Source: a virus. Taken from it: DNA of 64,000 nucleotides. The notes beneath the pieces were generated by a model, which saw nothing but the letters and a program-made list of their open reading frames with translations, did not search any database and had not been told where the DNA came from. Position 1 is the first letter of the stretch. Every line of letters starts with the position of its first letter. The stretch is from positions 4,224-68,223 of the IMG/VR virus record IMGVR_UViG_3300021963_000109. One strand, 5' to 3'. The translations under genes were made by a program, and so were the position numbers. Below, piece by piece: positions 30,601 to 41,000 of this stretch.

Positions 30601-31158
30601 CTCAGTCATGAATTGTAGATCCGAGATATCATTTCTTCCCTTCAGATTAGTATCAAAATAATTTTTCTGAGCATCTGAAGTGGTATTAGCAATTATTCTT
30701 TTAACATAAACCCTCTTTGTTCCAGCTTCTACCTGACCATCAAGATCGAAGGTAACAAATAAAAGAGGATTTAAAAAGCTTTCAAAGAAATAATTGCTTC
30801 TAAATTTAAACCCAGAAGGAACCTGTAAATTAGCAGGTGCAATTGGATCAACTAAAGGAGTAGATTGGTAAATTCTGGAAACAGTTCCATCAGCATTTCT
30901 AACATTAGCATTACCGTCATCTAATCCACTTAAAGCTTTGATATTGGAATCAAGTCTTTTAATTTCGTTTAGAATATATCCCCAAGATGGTATTGATACC
31001 GTACTCGTTTGATTGTTATCATCTAGAAACTCAACGCTAACTATGTCTTGGTTTGAAGTTGTTGCGTTACTCAGCTTATTAATAATCTCCATAGAATTCT
31101 TCTGGAGTCTAAGAAACTGTGCTAATAGTGAGCTTATAGAATTTTTGGTTCCTGCCAT
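27610..31158 (-). CDS. Large virion structural protein
   Basis: 1182 aa; beta-rich with internal coiled coils. Confidence 0.55.
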   Translation of the reverse strand: MAGTKNSISSLLAQFLRLQKNSMEIINKLSNATTSNQDIVSVEFLDDNNQTSTVSIPSWGYILNEIKRLDSNIKALSGLDDGNANVRNADGTVSRIYQSTPLVDPIAPANLQVPSGFKFRSNYFFESFLNPLLFVTFDLDGQVEAGTKRVYVKRIIANTTSDAQKNYFDTNLKGRNDISDLQFMTELTGQGITYFIDEDTVELPLQVIRYTGSFSVLRVFDQTIPVTVGGQTINQNVRKYKLDLTSYKDIIASSSNADRQLKVGDKLMTSGGSRFEITNIDLSESTVVLRRISGYEPVPIGDGALKLDSEVLSPLQVNVNLGHDERQAVFIKAINDEYHVTGSSYSNGVVFYSNEMLINTSEGTMTLDDFYKNQVSDFGSQFLSNTKEKVIPSVYSIVPNSPVLSSANFKVVQINKQITQTTTSDKFSSSVQTKVKIQNEIEAINKSIDQTRNEISAIVSDSITKSSSSTRESLLAKIDSLTKEKATKTSLLQTIIQDLNNITSSAPEISESPKYRVRGFWPIPEAVTDAKTGSQEVIQFRVRYRYLTKQGNATSADEIKFSDNDGTERRGTYSNWIEYKTDIRKKGYNTTTKKYYWLDEDVQNGDVPNINQLDIPINAGEKVEIKVSSISEAGWPMNPAESDFSTSVLIDFPEELTTGNGNTQYVDQNKNDQVLVALQQDLTSRGLDAHLSTSFNSGDKYYAHVGDTIFSGFYDSTGKSLDLYQKLLSMDQEIANLKAMINVAKGILTVYINDGTNLIPAKRGSVIELFAGYYDELLDLTNTSNYGKIVSTQYTIELRNETASKLELASIIPGGQNVIALANTDPKATADYSSVRKYDLTPISLTGIKPSDVRPNISGSSAFIQAAPYQSGNSNSQFIYSRYKSVGLDEDVYFTPVTSTTWNDQTGVTSGSSYVPQDQGVLVPFLPGGTSTPGSSNSSVWIGTYSGGTPDGNGRLNEFCVHINHPVIVAEAATPSTPTPKYFGNFVRPTQGTTGFNYPAFRHAAGFQASTSDSFDPSITNQTKHYQQLAYTQINNTSYGTDNHAYPGKLGFESNDEYLLGKYSCGAYLFMAPSSHSPIQVEGSTTLAVKSLESGTQNAIVIPVIFQMRSQDKLGYIGGYRSTGTIRNITYSKKLGIDIKVSNEELFSFDLVVSGSYTKTALTSPIYSSFRDNLGYRRLAQI

Positions 31159-31159
31159 T

Positions 31160-33337
31160 TTATCTTATTTGATCTATTTCGAAAACTAGATTCTTTTCAT
31201 CGACACAAACAATATCAAAAATAGGTTTGTTATCAGAAGAACTGAAAATGTTTTGGGTGAATCCTCCAACTAAAATACTATAATAAACTCCAGACGGGGT
31301 TGCTAATGGGTAAAGACCAGTAGAATCCGTATAGATTAAAATATTATTCCCGTTAAGGATAATCTTATCATCAAAGACTAATCTGAAGGTTTGACCCTTT
31401 TTCCATTTGTTATTGGTATCGTCTATTTTGATTATAAGATCATTTGTTAGTGTTATGGTTAATCCAAAATTAGTATGCTTATAATAATTGCTGAAAGATT
31501 TCAATGTAAGAGAATTTCCACTTACAGAATTAACAGTAAAATTATATCCATCTTCATCTGGTAAATTATAATGTTGAACATTATTGTTTAGAACTAATCT
31601 ATTAGGAGTTGATCTATCTACGTTTACTCCTTCGCCGCTCTTAATCAAATCTAAATCATAAGAAAGCTTAATATTTGTTCTACCGTTTAGAATATCTTTA
31701 ACCATCGTATAATTTCTCTCGATCAGTCCTAAAATATCCTGGGTATTTCTAAATAAAGCTTGATTTGCAACCATAGAATCTTCTAATGCTTTTAGCCTTG
31801 CATTAATGGAAGTATTATCATCCATTGTAACGACCAATCCCTCTAAAGTGTTTACTCTATCAGCAAGGTTTATAATTTCGGTAGTTTGATCATTTAAAGT
31901 TCTAGCAGCCTCCTGTAAAACATTAGCTGCATCCATAAACATTGAAAGAGAGAAAGAAGAATAATCATTAACAGCAAGTTCTACCCCTGTACTTTCTATG
32001 TCAGTATCAAATTTAATATTAACCTTCAGTCCGTAAGAATTACCATTTAGCTTAGTAATTGGATCTGGTTTATACTTTTTAAATACAGGAATTCTACCAG
32101 CGCTATTTGAAATAGGTTCTATATCTTCTAAGAAGAGAATACCATATAGATTTGTCTCCGCATCAGCAGGATTATTTGGATCATATACATCATAATACAA
32201 AAGAACAGCATTAAACTCGAAAGAATCAGAATCAACAGTTGAGTTATATTCTTCGATCGTGCTGATTGAAGGATTATCAACTATAGGTTTGTAATTATCA
32301 GGATTGAAATCTAATTGAATTCCATCAAGTTTACTTCTTTTATATTCTGCTTGATACGTCTGATAATGTTTTACCATTGAATCTGTATCAGCATCAAAAA
32401 AAGAATTATCAGTATAATAGGAATTTGCAGTGTTTCTTGGATAATACCATTGATTAGTAAAAGTTGCACCAGTTGCGGATGTTCCAGTTATTCCTGGCTG
32501 TCCAACAACATCTTGATCAAAGATAGCCAAACGGGGAAGTCCGTTAGGACCATATAATCCATCAGCTGCGCTCCTCCCTTGAAAATACTCTCTATCTAAA
32601 GGATCAGTTGGATTATTTGTTATTGTTTGTCCAGGATAATAATTTTCATCAGCCTGGGTCTTAAACATCACCAAAGGTGTGTGTCCATCGCTAGTTGGTA
32701 CGTGGATATAAACCTCCGAATAAGAATTGTTTTTGCTTTGTACAGAATTTACAATGTCGCATTCCCCGATATATTTTACGACCCTAGAGTATCTTGGGGT
32801 AACCGATCCGTTTCCTGTTAGGAAATCGTCCTCTTCTGTCCATCTTTTATCAGAATATGGGAATCCTCCAGTAAGACCTGTTGCATTTTGATCCAAAGAA
32901 GGTATTACCTCGTTTGAATTTGCTGGTCTAAATCTAATAGATCCCATTTCTTTCAGCCACTTCCAAAAAACTCTTTCTGAGACATTCCTTTTTAAAGTCG
33001 GATTGTATCCATCAGATGAAAGTAGAGAAGCTTCCAAGTTAAGACAATAGTTTTGAAAAGAGACTTCCAAATTTGGACTTAAATTGTTAGGGTTGACTAA
33101 ATCAAAGCTTCCCTCAGCTACGTCCAGAAATGAGCTGTCTATGGTGTTAAATTGGATGGTATTCTCCCCATATAACGGGGATCTAAATTCAGGAAGATTC
33201 AAAAGAACGTATTTTGAAAATCTGAACTTATTGACCGTGTTGTTAAAAGTTAGAGCAAGATCCTCCGCAGCAGAACTAAAGGTATAAAAAGTTCCACCTT
33301 GTACTTGGAGAGGTCTTATGTATGGGGTTTTAGCCAT
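31160..33337 (-). CDS. Virion structural protein
   Basis: 725 aa; coiled coil followed by a fibre-like C-terminal domain. Confidence 0.55.
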   Translation of the reverse strand: MAKTPYIRPLQVQGGTFYTFSSAAEDLALTFNNTVNKFRFSKYVLLNLPEFRSPLYGENTIQFNTIDSSFLDVAEGSFDLVNPNNLSPNLEVSFQNYCLNLEASLLSSDGYNPTLKRNVSERVFWKWLKEMGSIRFRPANSNEVIPSLDQNATGLTGGFPYSDKRWTEEDDFLTGNGSVTPRYSRVVKYIGECDIVNSVQSKNNSYSEVYIHVPTSDGHTPLVMFKTQADENYYPGQTITNNPTDPLDREYFQGRSAADGLYGPNGLPRLAIFDQDVVGQPGITGTSATGATFTNQWYYPRNTANSYYTDNSFFDADTDSMVKHYQTYQAEYKRSKLDGIQLDFNPDNYKPIVDNPSISTIEEYNSTVDSDSFEFNAVLLYYDVYDPNNPADAETNLYGILFLEDIEPISNSAGRIPVFKKYKPDPITKLNGNSYGLKVNIKFDTDIESTGVELAVNDYSSFSLSMFMDAANVLQEAARTLNDQTTEIINLADRVNTLEGLVVTMDDNTSINARLKALEDSMVANQALFRNTQDILGLIERNYTMVKDILNGRTNIKLSYDLDLIKSGEGVNVDRSTPNRLVLNNNVQHYNLPDEDGYNFTVNSVSGNSLTLKSFSNYYKHTNFGLTITLTNDLIIKIDDTNNKWKKGQTFRLVFDDKIILNGNNILIYTDSTGLYPLATPSGVYYSILVGGFTQNIFSSSDNKPIFDIVCVDEKNLVFEIDQIR

Positions 33338-33352
33338 TCAATTTTTTATTTA

Positions 33353-34294
33353 TTAGAAGAAGTCGCTAGCTACAAATCCACTGTTGGATATAACCACCCA
33401 AGATCCGTTTTGTGTAGTAGCTCCTTTACCTATTCTATTCTCCCACTGAAGGGTTAAAGTATTTTTATAAGGAATACTAGCAGCTGTAGTAATACCAGCT
33501 GGCTGATAAAGTCCATTACCTGTGCTAAATCCAGTATAGTATGTGCTTCCTGCTGGTCCGGTAACTCCAGTAGCAATTAATCCAGAGTTAAGTGCGGTAT
33601 TAACAATAGTTAATCTATATCCCTGTGGTACTGCTGGTGGGTTTCCCGAAGGGGCTGCTCCTGTAGCAACATAAAAGAAAAATCCTTGAGTAAATCCGGC
33701 ATCCGCTGAATCGGTACTGGTATATGAGCAGTTAGCATAAATTACACTTTCATCGAAAGTTAAAGGATATGGATTGCTATATGTTCCAGTAACCCCGCCT
33801 CCCCCGTTTGCAGGTGATAAAAATGCGTTGGTTGAACCCGATGCACCTATCGAGTTTTTTTCAATAAATGATCCAGTTGGCCCATTTGTTACAGCAGAGT
33901 TGAAAACAACATCACCGTTAAATGTACCAGTTGCTCCAAATACTGCAGGACCCGATGCATTTACCTGATTGAAAGAACCAGTAGCAGAAAGGGTTAGTTG
34001 AGAGGCTGAAACTATACCGGAGAAAGATGCATTTCCTGCACTAGCCCCCGTACCATAAATATTAACAGTAGCGGTCCCAGAAGATGGGAAGGTTGCTTGA
34101 TTAGCAAAAAACGTCTTGACTTTTAGCTGTCCGCTTGTTGCTTGAGACATGTCCATCGATCCAGTAACAACGTTTATATTAAAAACGTCCTCTAGATCGT
34201 TGATTTCATTCTCAATAAGTAGAAAGTTAGAATTAATGGTTAGTCTCGATGGTGCAATCGAGTCAGTTCCTAGTATCTCTTGAATAGTAATCAT
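33353..34294 (-). CDS. Short fibre-like virion protein (start corrected to MITIQE, 313 aa)
   Basis: G/S/T/A-rich; ATG at 34294 follows an A-rich leader and GATATATA (34317-34324), and avoids the overlap with phoH. Confidence 0.65.
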   Translation of the reverse strand: MITIQEILGTDSIAPSRLTINSNFLLIENEINDLEDVFNINVVTGSMDMSQATSGQLKVKTFFANQATFPSSGTATVNIYGTGASAGNASFSGIVSASQLTLSATGSFNQVNASGPAVFGATGTFNGDVVFNSAVTNGPTGSFIEKNSIGASGSTNAFLSPANGGGGVTGTYSNPYPLTFDESVIYANCSYTSTDSADAGFTQGFFFYVATGAAPSGNPPAVPQGYRLTIVNTALNSGLIATGVTGPAGSTYYTGFSTGNGLYQPAGITTAASIPYKNTLTLQWENRIGKGATTQNGSWVVISNSGFVASDFF

Positions 34295-34414
34295 TTTTAG
34301 TTTTTTATTCCGAATATATATATCAAATAAGCTCGAGCGAAGAAATAAATCCGCTATGCTAAGATCATACAGAGAAAAACTTATTAGTTTCTTAAAAATT
34401 AACACTAAAGATTT

Positions 34415-35095
34415 ATGCAAAAACAAGAGAAGGAAACCCCTGCTAAAGGGAGAGTTAAAGGCCCGATTAAATTCAAAATTCAACTAAATGAAGAGCAAAA
34501 AGAAGCAAAATCTTTAATCCTAGAAAATCCAGTTACAGTCATCCGAGGGATGGCAGGTTCAGGTAAGACCCTTTTAGCTTGTCAAATAGCTTTGGATCTT
34601 CTTTTTAGTAGGGATGTTGAAAAGATAATAATTACAAGACCTACTGTAGCTAAAGAAGATATTGGATTTCTACCTGGGGATTTAAAAGAAAAGATGGATC
34701 CATGGTTAGCTCCAATTTATTCCAATCTGTACCTACTTTATGAGAAGGAAAAAGTCGATAAATTAGTGGAGGAAAATGTAATAGAAATTTTACCTTTCCC
34801 GTTTATGAGAGGAAGAACATTTCTAAATGCATGTGTTATTGTAGATGAAGCCCAAAACGTTACCAATAATCAAATGGAGATGGTATTAGGAAGATTGGGT
34901 GTGGCATCTAAAATTATGATCTGTGGTGATATTTCTCAGATTGATCTGAAAGTCAAAAAAGATTCAGGTTTGGATTTTTTAAATACTGTAGAATCAAGAG
35001 TAGAGGGAGTTAAAATAATCTCGCTTAAAAAGAATCACAGACATCCTATCGTACCAGAGATTTTAGGAATTTACACAGAGTATAGAGACAGATAA
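34415..35095 (+). CDS. phoH: PhoH-family ATPase
   Basis: GMAGSGKT, IGFLPG, RGRTF, VDEAQN, GDISQID, RHPIV. Confidence 0.95.
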   Translation: MQKQEKETPAKGRVKGPIKFKIQLNEEQKEAKSLILENPVTVIRGMAGSGKTLLACQIALDLLFSRDVEKIIITRPTVAKEDIGFLPGDLKEKMDPWLAPIYSNLYLLYEKEKVDKLVEENVIEILPFPFMRGRTFLNACVIVDEAQNVTNNQMEMVLGRLGVASKIMICGDISQIDLKVKKDSGLDFLNTVESRVEGVKIISLKKNHRHPIVPEILGIYTEYRDR

Positions 35096-35096
35096 T

Positions 35097-38000
35097 TTAT
35101 GCTAATTGTGGAAATGTTTTAGCTTCATAGATAGCTCTTTTTCTAAATATTTCGCTATTAACATACTCTATAATTTCCCCAGATGGTGCATTTTTGTGAT
35201 CAATGATTCTGATGTATCCTTTCTTATCAAAAACAGAAAGGTTACCGTTACTGTCCTCTACTTGTAGATAGAGACTATAGAATCCCGGCTTATTAAATGT
35301 CCAGATGAAGGATTTAACATCCTTAACATTGATTAACTCCTCTCCAGATCCATCATAAATTAATTTCCAAACATGATTTCTTTTTCCAGGAATTAAAGAA
35401 TCTAAAGGATTAAATACTACAGTCGATCCCATTGGTGCCTCAAATTCTTTGTGAGTTATTTTATCATCCCCGATTTCCCAAGTCTGTGAACCAAATAGGG
35501 AGAACGGATCTCCAATTTTTTTACCCGTTTTGTATTTTAAATTTGAGATCTTACCTACAAAAGCATCTTCTCCCCCACCAGGAGAAACTACCCAATTAGA
35601 GAAATTAGACTGGCCAGTCACATATCCAGTTAAATAAATATTGTCATCCTTATCGAAAGAAATTGACATTCCCTCGTCTCTACCAAGTCCTCCAGAATCC
35701 ACTATATCTAAAAGAGTTCCATCCGGATCATATTTAAACATAATAACATCAAGATTTCCTTGCGGGGAAGGATAGTAATTAGGGGAAGAATAATTAGGAG
35801 AAGCCGTAACATATCCGGAATAAGATCCCAATACAAAAATACTTCCTTCTGAATCTATTCCGATGTCTTGACAAAAATCAGAATATAAGGATCCAACGTT
35901 TTTACCCCATAAAGGTCTATATCCGTTAAACTTAAATACCGCAATATCGGAATCACCTATAGAGGTGAATGAAATATCATCAACAGTAAGTTTTCCTTTA
36001 AAGCTAGCGCCCAAAGCTATTTCCCCGTTTTTAGAGACCCTAATATGAGGCTTAGTAGTAAATGTTCCGAAATCAGTGTTAGATATTGTTTTAGACCACT
36101 CAGAATTAAAATCGTAGCTTGTGTATCTGTTTAGGTAAATCTTTTGGTCCGATCCAGATTTAGAATTAAAAGCTATGTATAGATCCTCATAAGATTCTCC
36201 TATATGAAGAGAAGGATCGCTTTCTTCTCCCGCCGTGTTCATTTTCTTTAGCCATTTAATGCTTCCGTCACCTTCAACTCTAGCAGCAAAAACCTCTTGT
36301 GTTGAAGTTGCACTCGTTATTGTTTTAGTTCCAGAAGTGATAGTTCCTGTAAAATTACCGGCAACATAAACATTACCAACCCTATCAATAGCAAGATCAC
36401 TGATAATCTCTGTATCATTTATAGTTGGCGACGTAAATAAAGAAGTAGCGGTCACTAATTGTGCATCTCCGTTCCATTTAATATAAAGATTATCAGATAA
36501 TTCTCCAGATGTGTTATTTCTAACTTTGTTTTTGTATCCAACTACAATTACATTTCCAAGATGATCTACTTTGATACCCATCGGTGTATAGTCATAATCT
36601 CTAGATCCTGAAGTTCCATCTTCTCCGTATTTCCTAGCCCATTGAATTACCCCGACCTGATTATATTTTGCAACAAAGATTGATCTACATCCAGTAGAAG
36701 AAAGAGTTGTGTTTGCCCCAGATGGCAGATTATTTTTAGCACCAAAATATGCTGTGTCCTGGAAATATCCAGTTACATAAACATATCCATCTTCACCTAC
36801 AAAAACTCTCATTCCTCTATCATCAGATCCGTCTCCTATTTTAATAACCCATTCAAAGCTGTCTATTATATTTCCCAAATTTTTATCAGAGCTTCTAATT
36901 AAATTAGAATTTCTCCAATATGGCTCTTTACTAGCTATGCCACTTTCTATATCTCTTAAAGGAGCATCTAGGAAAAGGTCATCCGAATTAATATTAGGAT
37001 GAGCATCAGTGATTTTACTAAAATCGTAATTTAACCAATGAGGCATTTTCCAAGATCTACTATCTGCATAAGGAAGTTGTGGGTCCTTGCCTATATTAAC
37101 TGATGACGTATAGAGAGGACCAACAAGGAAGTTAAAATTAATTTCGGTTTCACTAATTCCTTTTAGCTTTAAATAAATTGGATCTGGTACGGGTCTATAC
37201 GAAAGATGATAAACAAAATCCCATCCTCCCGGACCAGTATACTTAGAAGATGCATGAATATAAGGTATAGTATAACTTACCTTTCTCATGTAAAGATTTT
37301 GGGTTTGATAATAAGTTCCTGTATATGTAGGATTCCAATATCCAGGAACCACATAATTTTGTCCTATTCTATAAACATCTCCCAAATACATGATATCACC
37401 TGGGTATCTGGTAAATGTTCCATCAATATATTTAACCTCATTCATCATGAAGTAAAGATCCTCATAATCAAAATCTAAATAATTGGCAGGAGCAAATTGA
37501 TTAGTTGTACCAGGATCGTAATCATAAACCTTGATTGTTATTCCATTAAAGTAAACTAATTTATAATTCTGACTTCCTGTCTGTGCTATACAGAATATTC
37601 TTCCATTTCCTAAATTAACAATGTTTCTATATTTAGCTATTGGTAACTCCGATCTAGATGAAGGTGTCCAGCATCCCCATCTTCCATTATCATAATAAGC
37701 CATACCATCGGAAGTTCCTATCCATTTAGCATTTGTCTCGTCTATTGTAATTGCATAAACATCGTTTGTGTGTAATCCTGAATCGGAAATATCAAGAGAT
37801 GAGATTCTAACACCGTCGTATGTTTTAATACCATTATTAGTAGCCATCCAAAGCTTAGAATATTTTCCAAAATATTCATACTTAAGTTGTCTAATATAGA
37901 TGACACTGGTATCTAATTTCGTTAGAGGATCCTGATCTATTATCTCCCAACTGCTTGCAGATGTTGATGGATTATTTCCAATATTAGAGTTGATTAAAGA

Positions 38001-41000
38001 AATATACGATTCACCATTATAAGTAATAATGCTGCCTTGATCGTATGTTTTAATTATGGTCCAAATCGGACCTTGAACTGAAAGATTTTTAAACTCCTTG
38101 GTAGAAGCATTAAATTCTAAAAGTCTAAATACGTTATCGGTTGCAGCAGGTGATATAGAATATGTCTGCTGATACTTTACGTACATAGTAAAATTGTCAG
38201 TCAATTTATCAATCCCCAGACACAAAATTTGAAAACTGGAAACTGGTAAAGGAACTATATAATTTAATCCAGGATTAGCAAAAGAAGTAACTGGAGATGT
38301 ACTAAAAATTAAAGTGTTCTCTGGGTAATATCTGTCATAAACAACTAAAGGAACTGTACAGCTTTCTCCGTAGCACCACCATCTATGATATTCATCAACC
38401 TGAACTTTTCTTGGAACAGATCCTGGGTATAGTGCAGAGATTGGATAATTATCAAAATCGGTAGGTGATTTAAAAACTCTTACATCATATACACCACCCA
38501 TAATAATGTCACCGTTCTTATCAGGGAACATTGAGGTAGCTGCTCCTGCACCCGGAGATGCCCCGGTTTGAACATCAAAAGATTCGCTCTCCTCGTTATA
38601 AGGGATAGCTAATGTAATTAGCGGAGATCCTATAGGACTACCTTGAAAATTAAAGTTATTTCCTAGCTTTGAAAATCCTCTAACCTCATAGTTAAATTTA
38701 GATATTCCGGGATCTCTCGAAGCATTTAGTTGATCACAAGCTTCGTTTAAGTCTAAATAATTAGGGCTAAGATCCGGGGAGCTCATGTTTCCTAACACGA
38801 TTCCTCTTGATCCAGATCCCACTCTAAGCTTATCCCCACTTTGTAAATTATAAAGGGAAAATCCTCCTAGCCATCCTTCATGAAAATCATAAGATCCCCA
38901 AGTCTGAGAATATAAATTTTCCCACTCTAATTGATCAAAAGCATCCCAGTTCAATGCCTTTGTTCCATAATATCTCATGTTTTCAACAGGAAGGTCCCCA
39001 TTAAAATCAAAATCTACGTATTGGTCATAAGGATTTACTCCTCCAGAAATTTCAGCTTGGGCAGTTCTCCCGACCGATGTTCCATCATAAACATATAATC
39101 CACCTGTTGTAGTTACATCCAATTTTTTACCATTAAAAGTTTCTCCGGTCCCTATTGGTGCTTTAAACATTACTTCCATCCATTCTTGTACAGTGACAGA
39201 AGATACAGTGGTATCGGTAATGGTATCAATAGCAAATTGAGGATCTTTTAGAACGTTATTAAAAGCACTCATTAAATTTCCCAGTGTAGTATCTAATCTG
39301 CCATTAAAATTAATATTAGCATATGTTTTACCTTCATACTGAACTTTTATAGATCCAGTTTTGATAACACTAAACTGAGAAGCTGTTACGGAAGAATTAA
39401 GAACTATTGGCAGGGTAAAACCAGTCGATGTGACATTAAATATGTTGTACTGACCAGAAAGATTCCCAGTCACATTGTAATTATCTATTAATGTTATTTT
39501 CTCGCCATTTGTAAAAGAATGTGGAAGGTACGAAGGATTTATAGTAACTAATACAGGTCCTATTCCTCCTCCTGGATAAGTACTCGTGAATCCACTAAGT
39601 ACCATTTTTTGTAATCCGAATTTTAATGGTGCTGATCCTATGGTTTCTCCAAATCTTTTTAGAACCTTACATTCTTGACCTTCATTAAATTGATTTCCAT
39701 ATTCAGCGGGCGTTAATATCTCCTTACTTGTTTTATGTTTATCGTCTTGATTTTTTTCAATTGGAAAAACCCAGAGAGAACTATGATCGTCCCATGTTTT
39801 AGAAACATTCTCCCAGGTATAAACTTCTGACTCTCTATATCTAGCAACATTTGCAACTTCAAGATCCCTAGTTTTTACCTCGATAGAGTTTTCGTAATGA
39901 ACAGCACAGATATCGTTAAAACCATCCCATACTCTGCATTTAACGGAGTATATTCCAGAATAAGGTAATATGATTGGAAGTTTATAATAGTCGCTTATTT
40001 TGCCTCTAAATTCGTATTTATAAGGTCTATCGTCCTTCTTTGTGATAGTCCATTCAACTTCATAAAAACCAGCAAATCTTAAATTGTCCCAAGCATAGAA
40101 TCCATCAGAATTGAAGGAATAATCATAGTATTCGAAATCTAGATTCTGTGAAAATAAATTTACAATTTCAACCTTCCAATCATCTAGAATGATCGGAGTT
40201 TCTTTAAGCCAAAGGAGCTTAATATTAGCAATTCCTGTGGATTGACTATAGGTTTGAACCTCTGCTAAAAATGCATAAGCAGCATCATCGTTAGAAGTAA
40301 ATTTAAGTTGGACTTTACCAGTAGATGCTATTAGGTATGTTATACTAGTTGGCAAAGTAACATCGAATAAATCACCAAATTTTAAAGTGTTGTCAAAAGT
40401 GTGATTAACAGACGATGAAATGAGATTGTCTCCGGTATATCCAGTCAAATCACTAACAGAAGCTAATGTTGTTGAATATGTTGATACGTTTCTGTCTAGT
40501 CCTTCCCATTTGTTATTTAGCTCGTCCCAAGAAAGATTAAATGAGGTTATTTCCAGAACAGTTGGAAATCCAGAAGGAATTTCATAATCCTGTCCATCGG
40601 AAAGTTTTCTATATTTCTGATTGTCTCCTAGATTTAACTTAGGTAGACCCGATGTGTTTCTTTCTTTATAAAAATTAGAAATTGCATCAGCAAGTTTTTT
40701 TGAATTTTTTCCACTAATAACAGGATTTGAACTAGACGGAAGAGTAAGATTTCCGTATGTTGAATAGGTATATGTAAAAGGATTAGGTCCAACATAAGGA
40801 ACTGTAGGAATACTATCGTTAGGTCTAAGATTAAAATATCTTAAATCTTCGATATAACCAAAATCCGGACTAAAAGAAAGTTCTATATCTAAACCCTGAT
40901 CTAATTGGTCTATCTTTAAATTATCAATCCATCCTCTAGTTTTATAAACTGTGAAATAAACGCCCTCCCCAGTGATGTCTATAATTCTAGCATTAAGAGG

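Noticed and set aside
34295-34483. N-terminal extension of ORF 33353..34483 overlapping phoH
   Set aside because: The ATG at 34294 fits the promoter motif and the shared fibre N-terminus better
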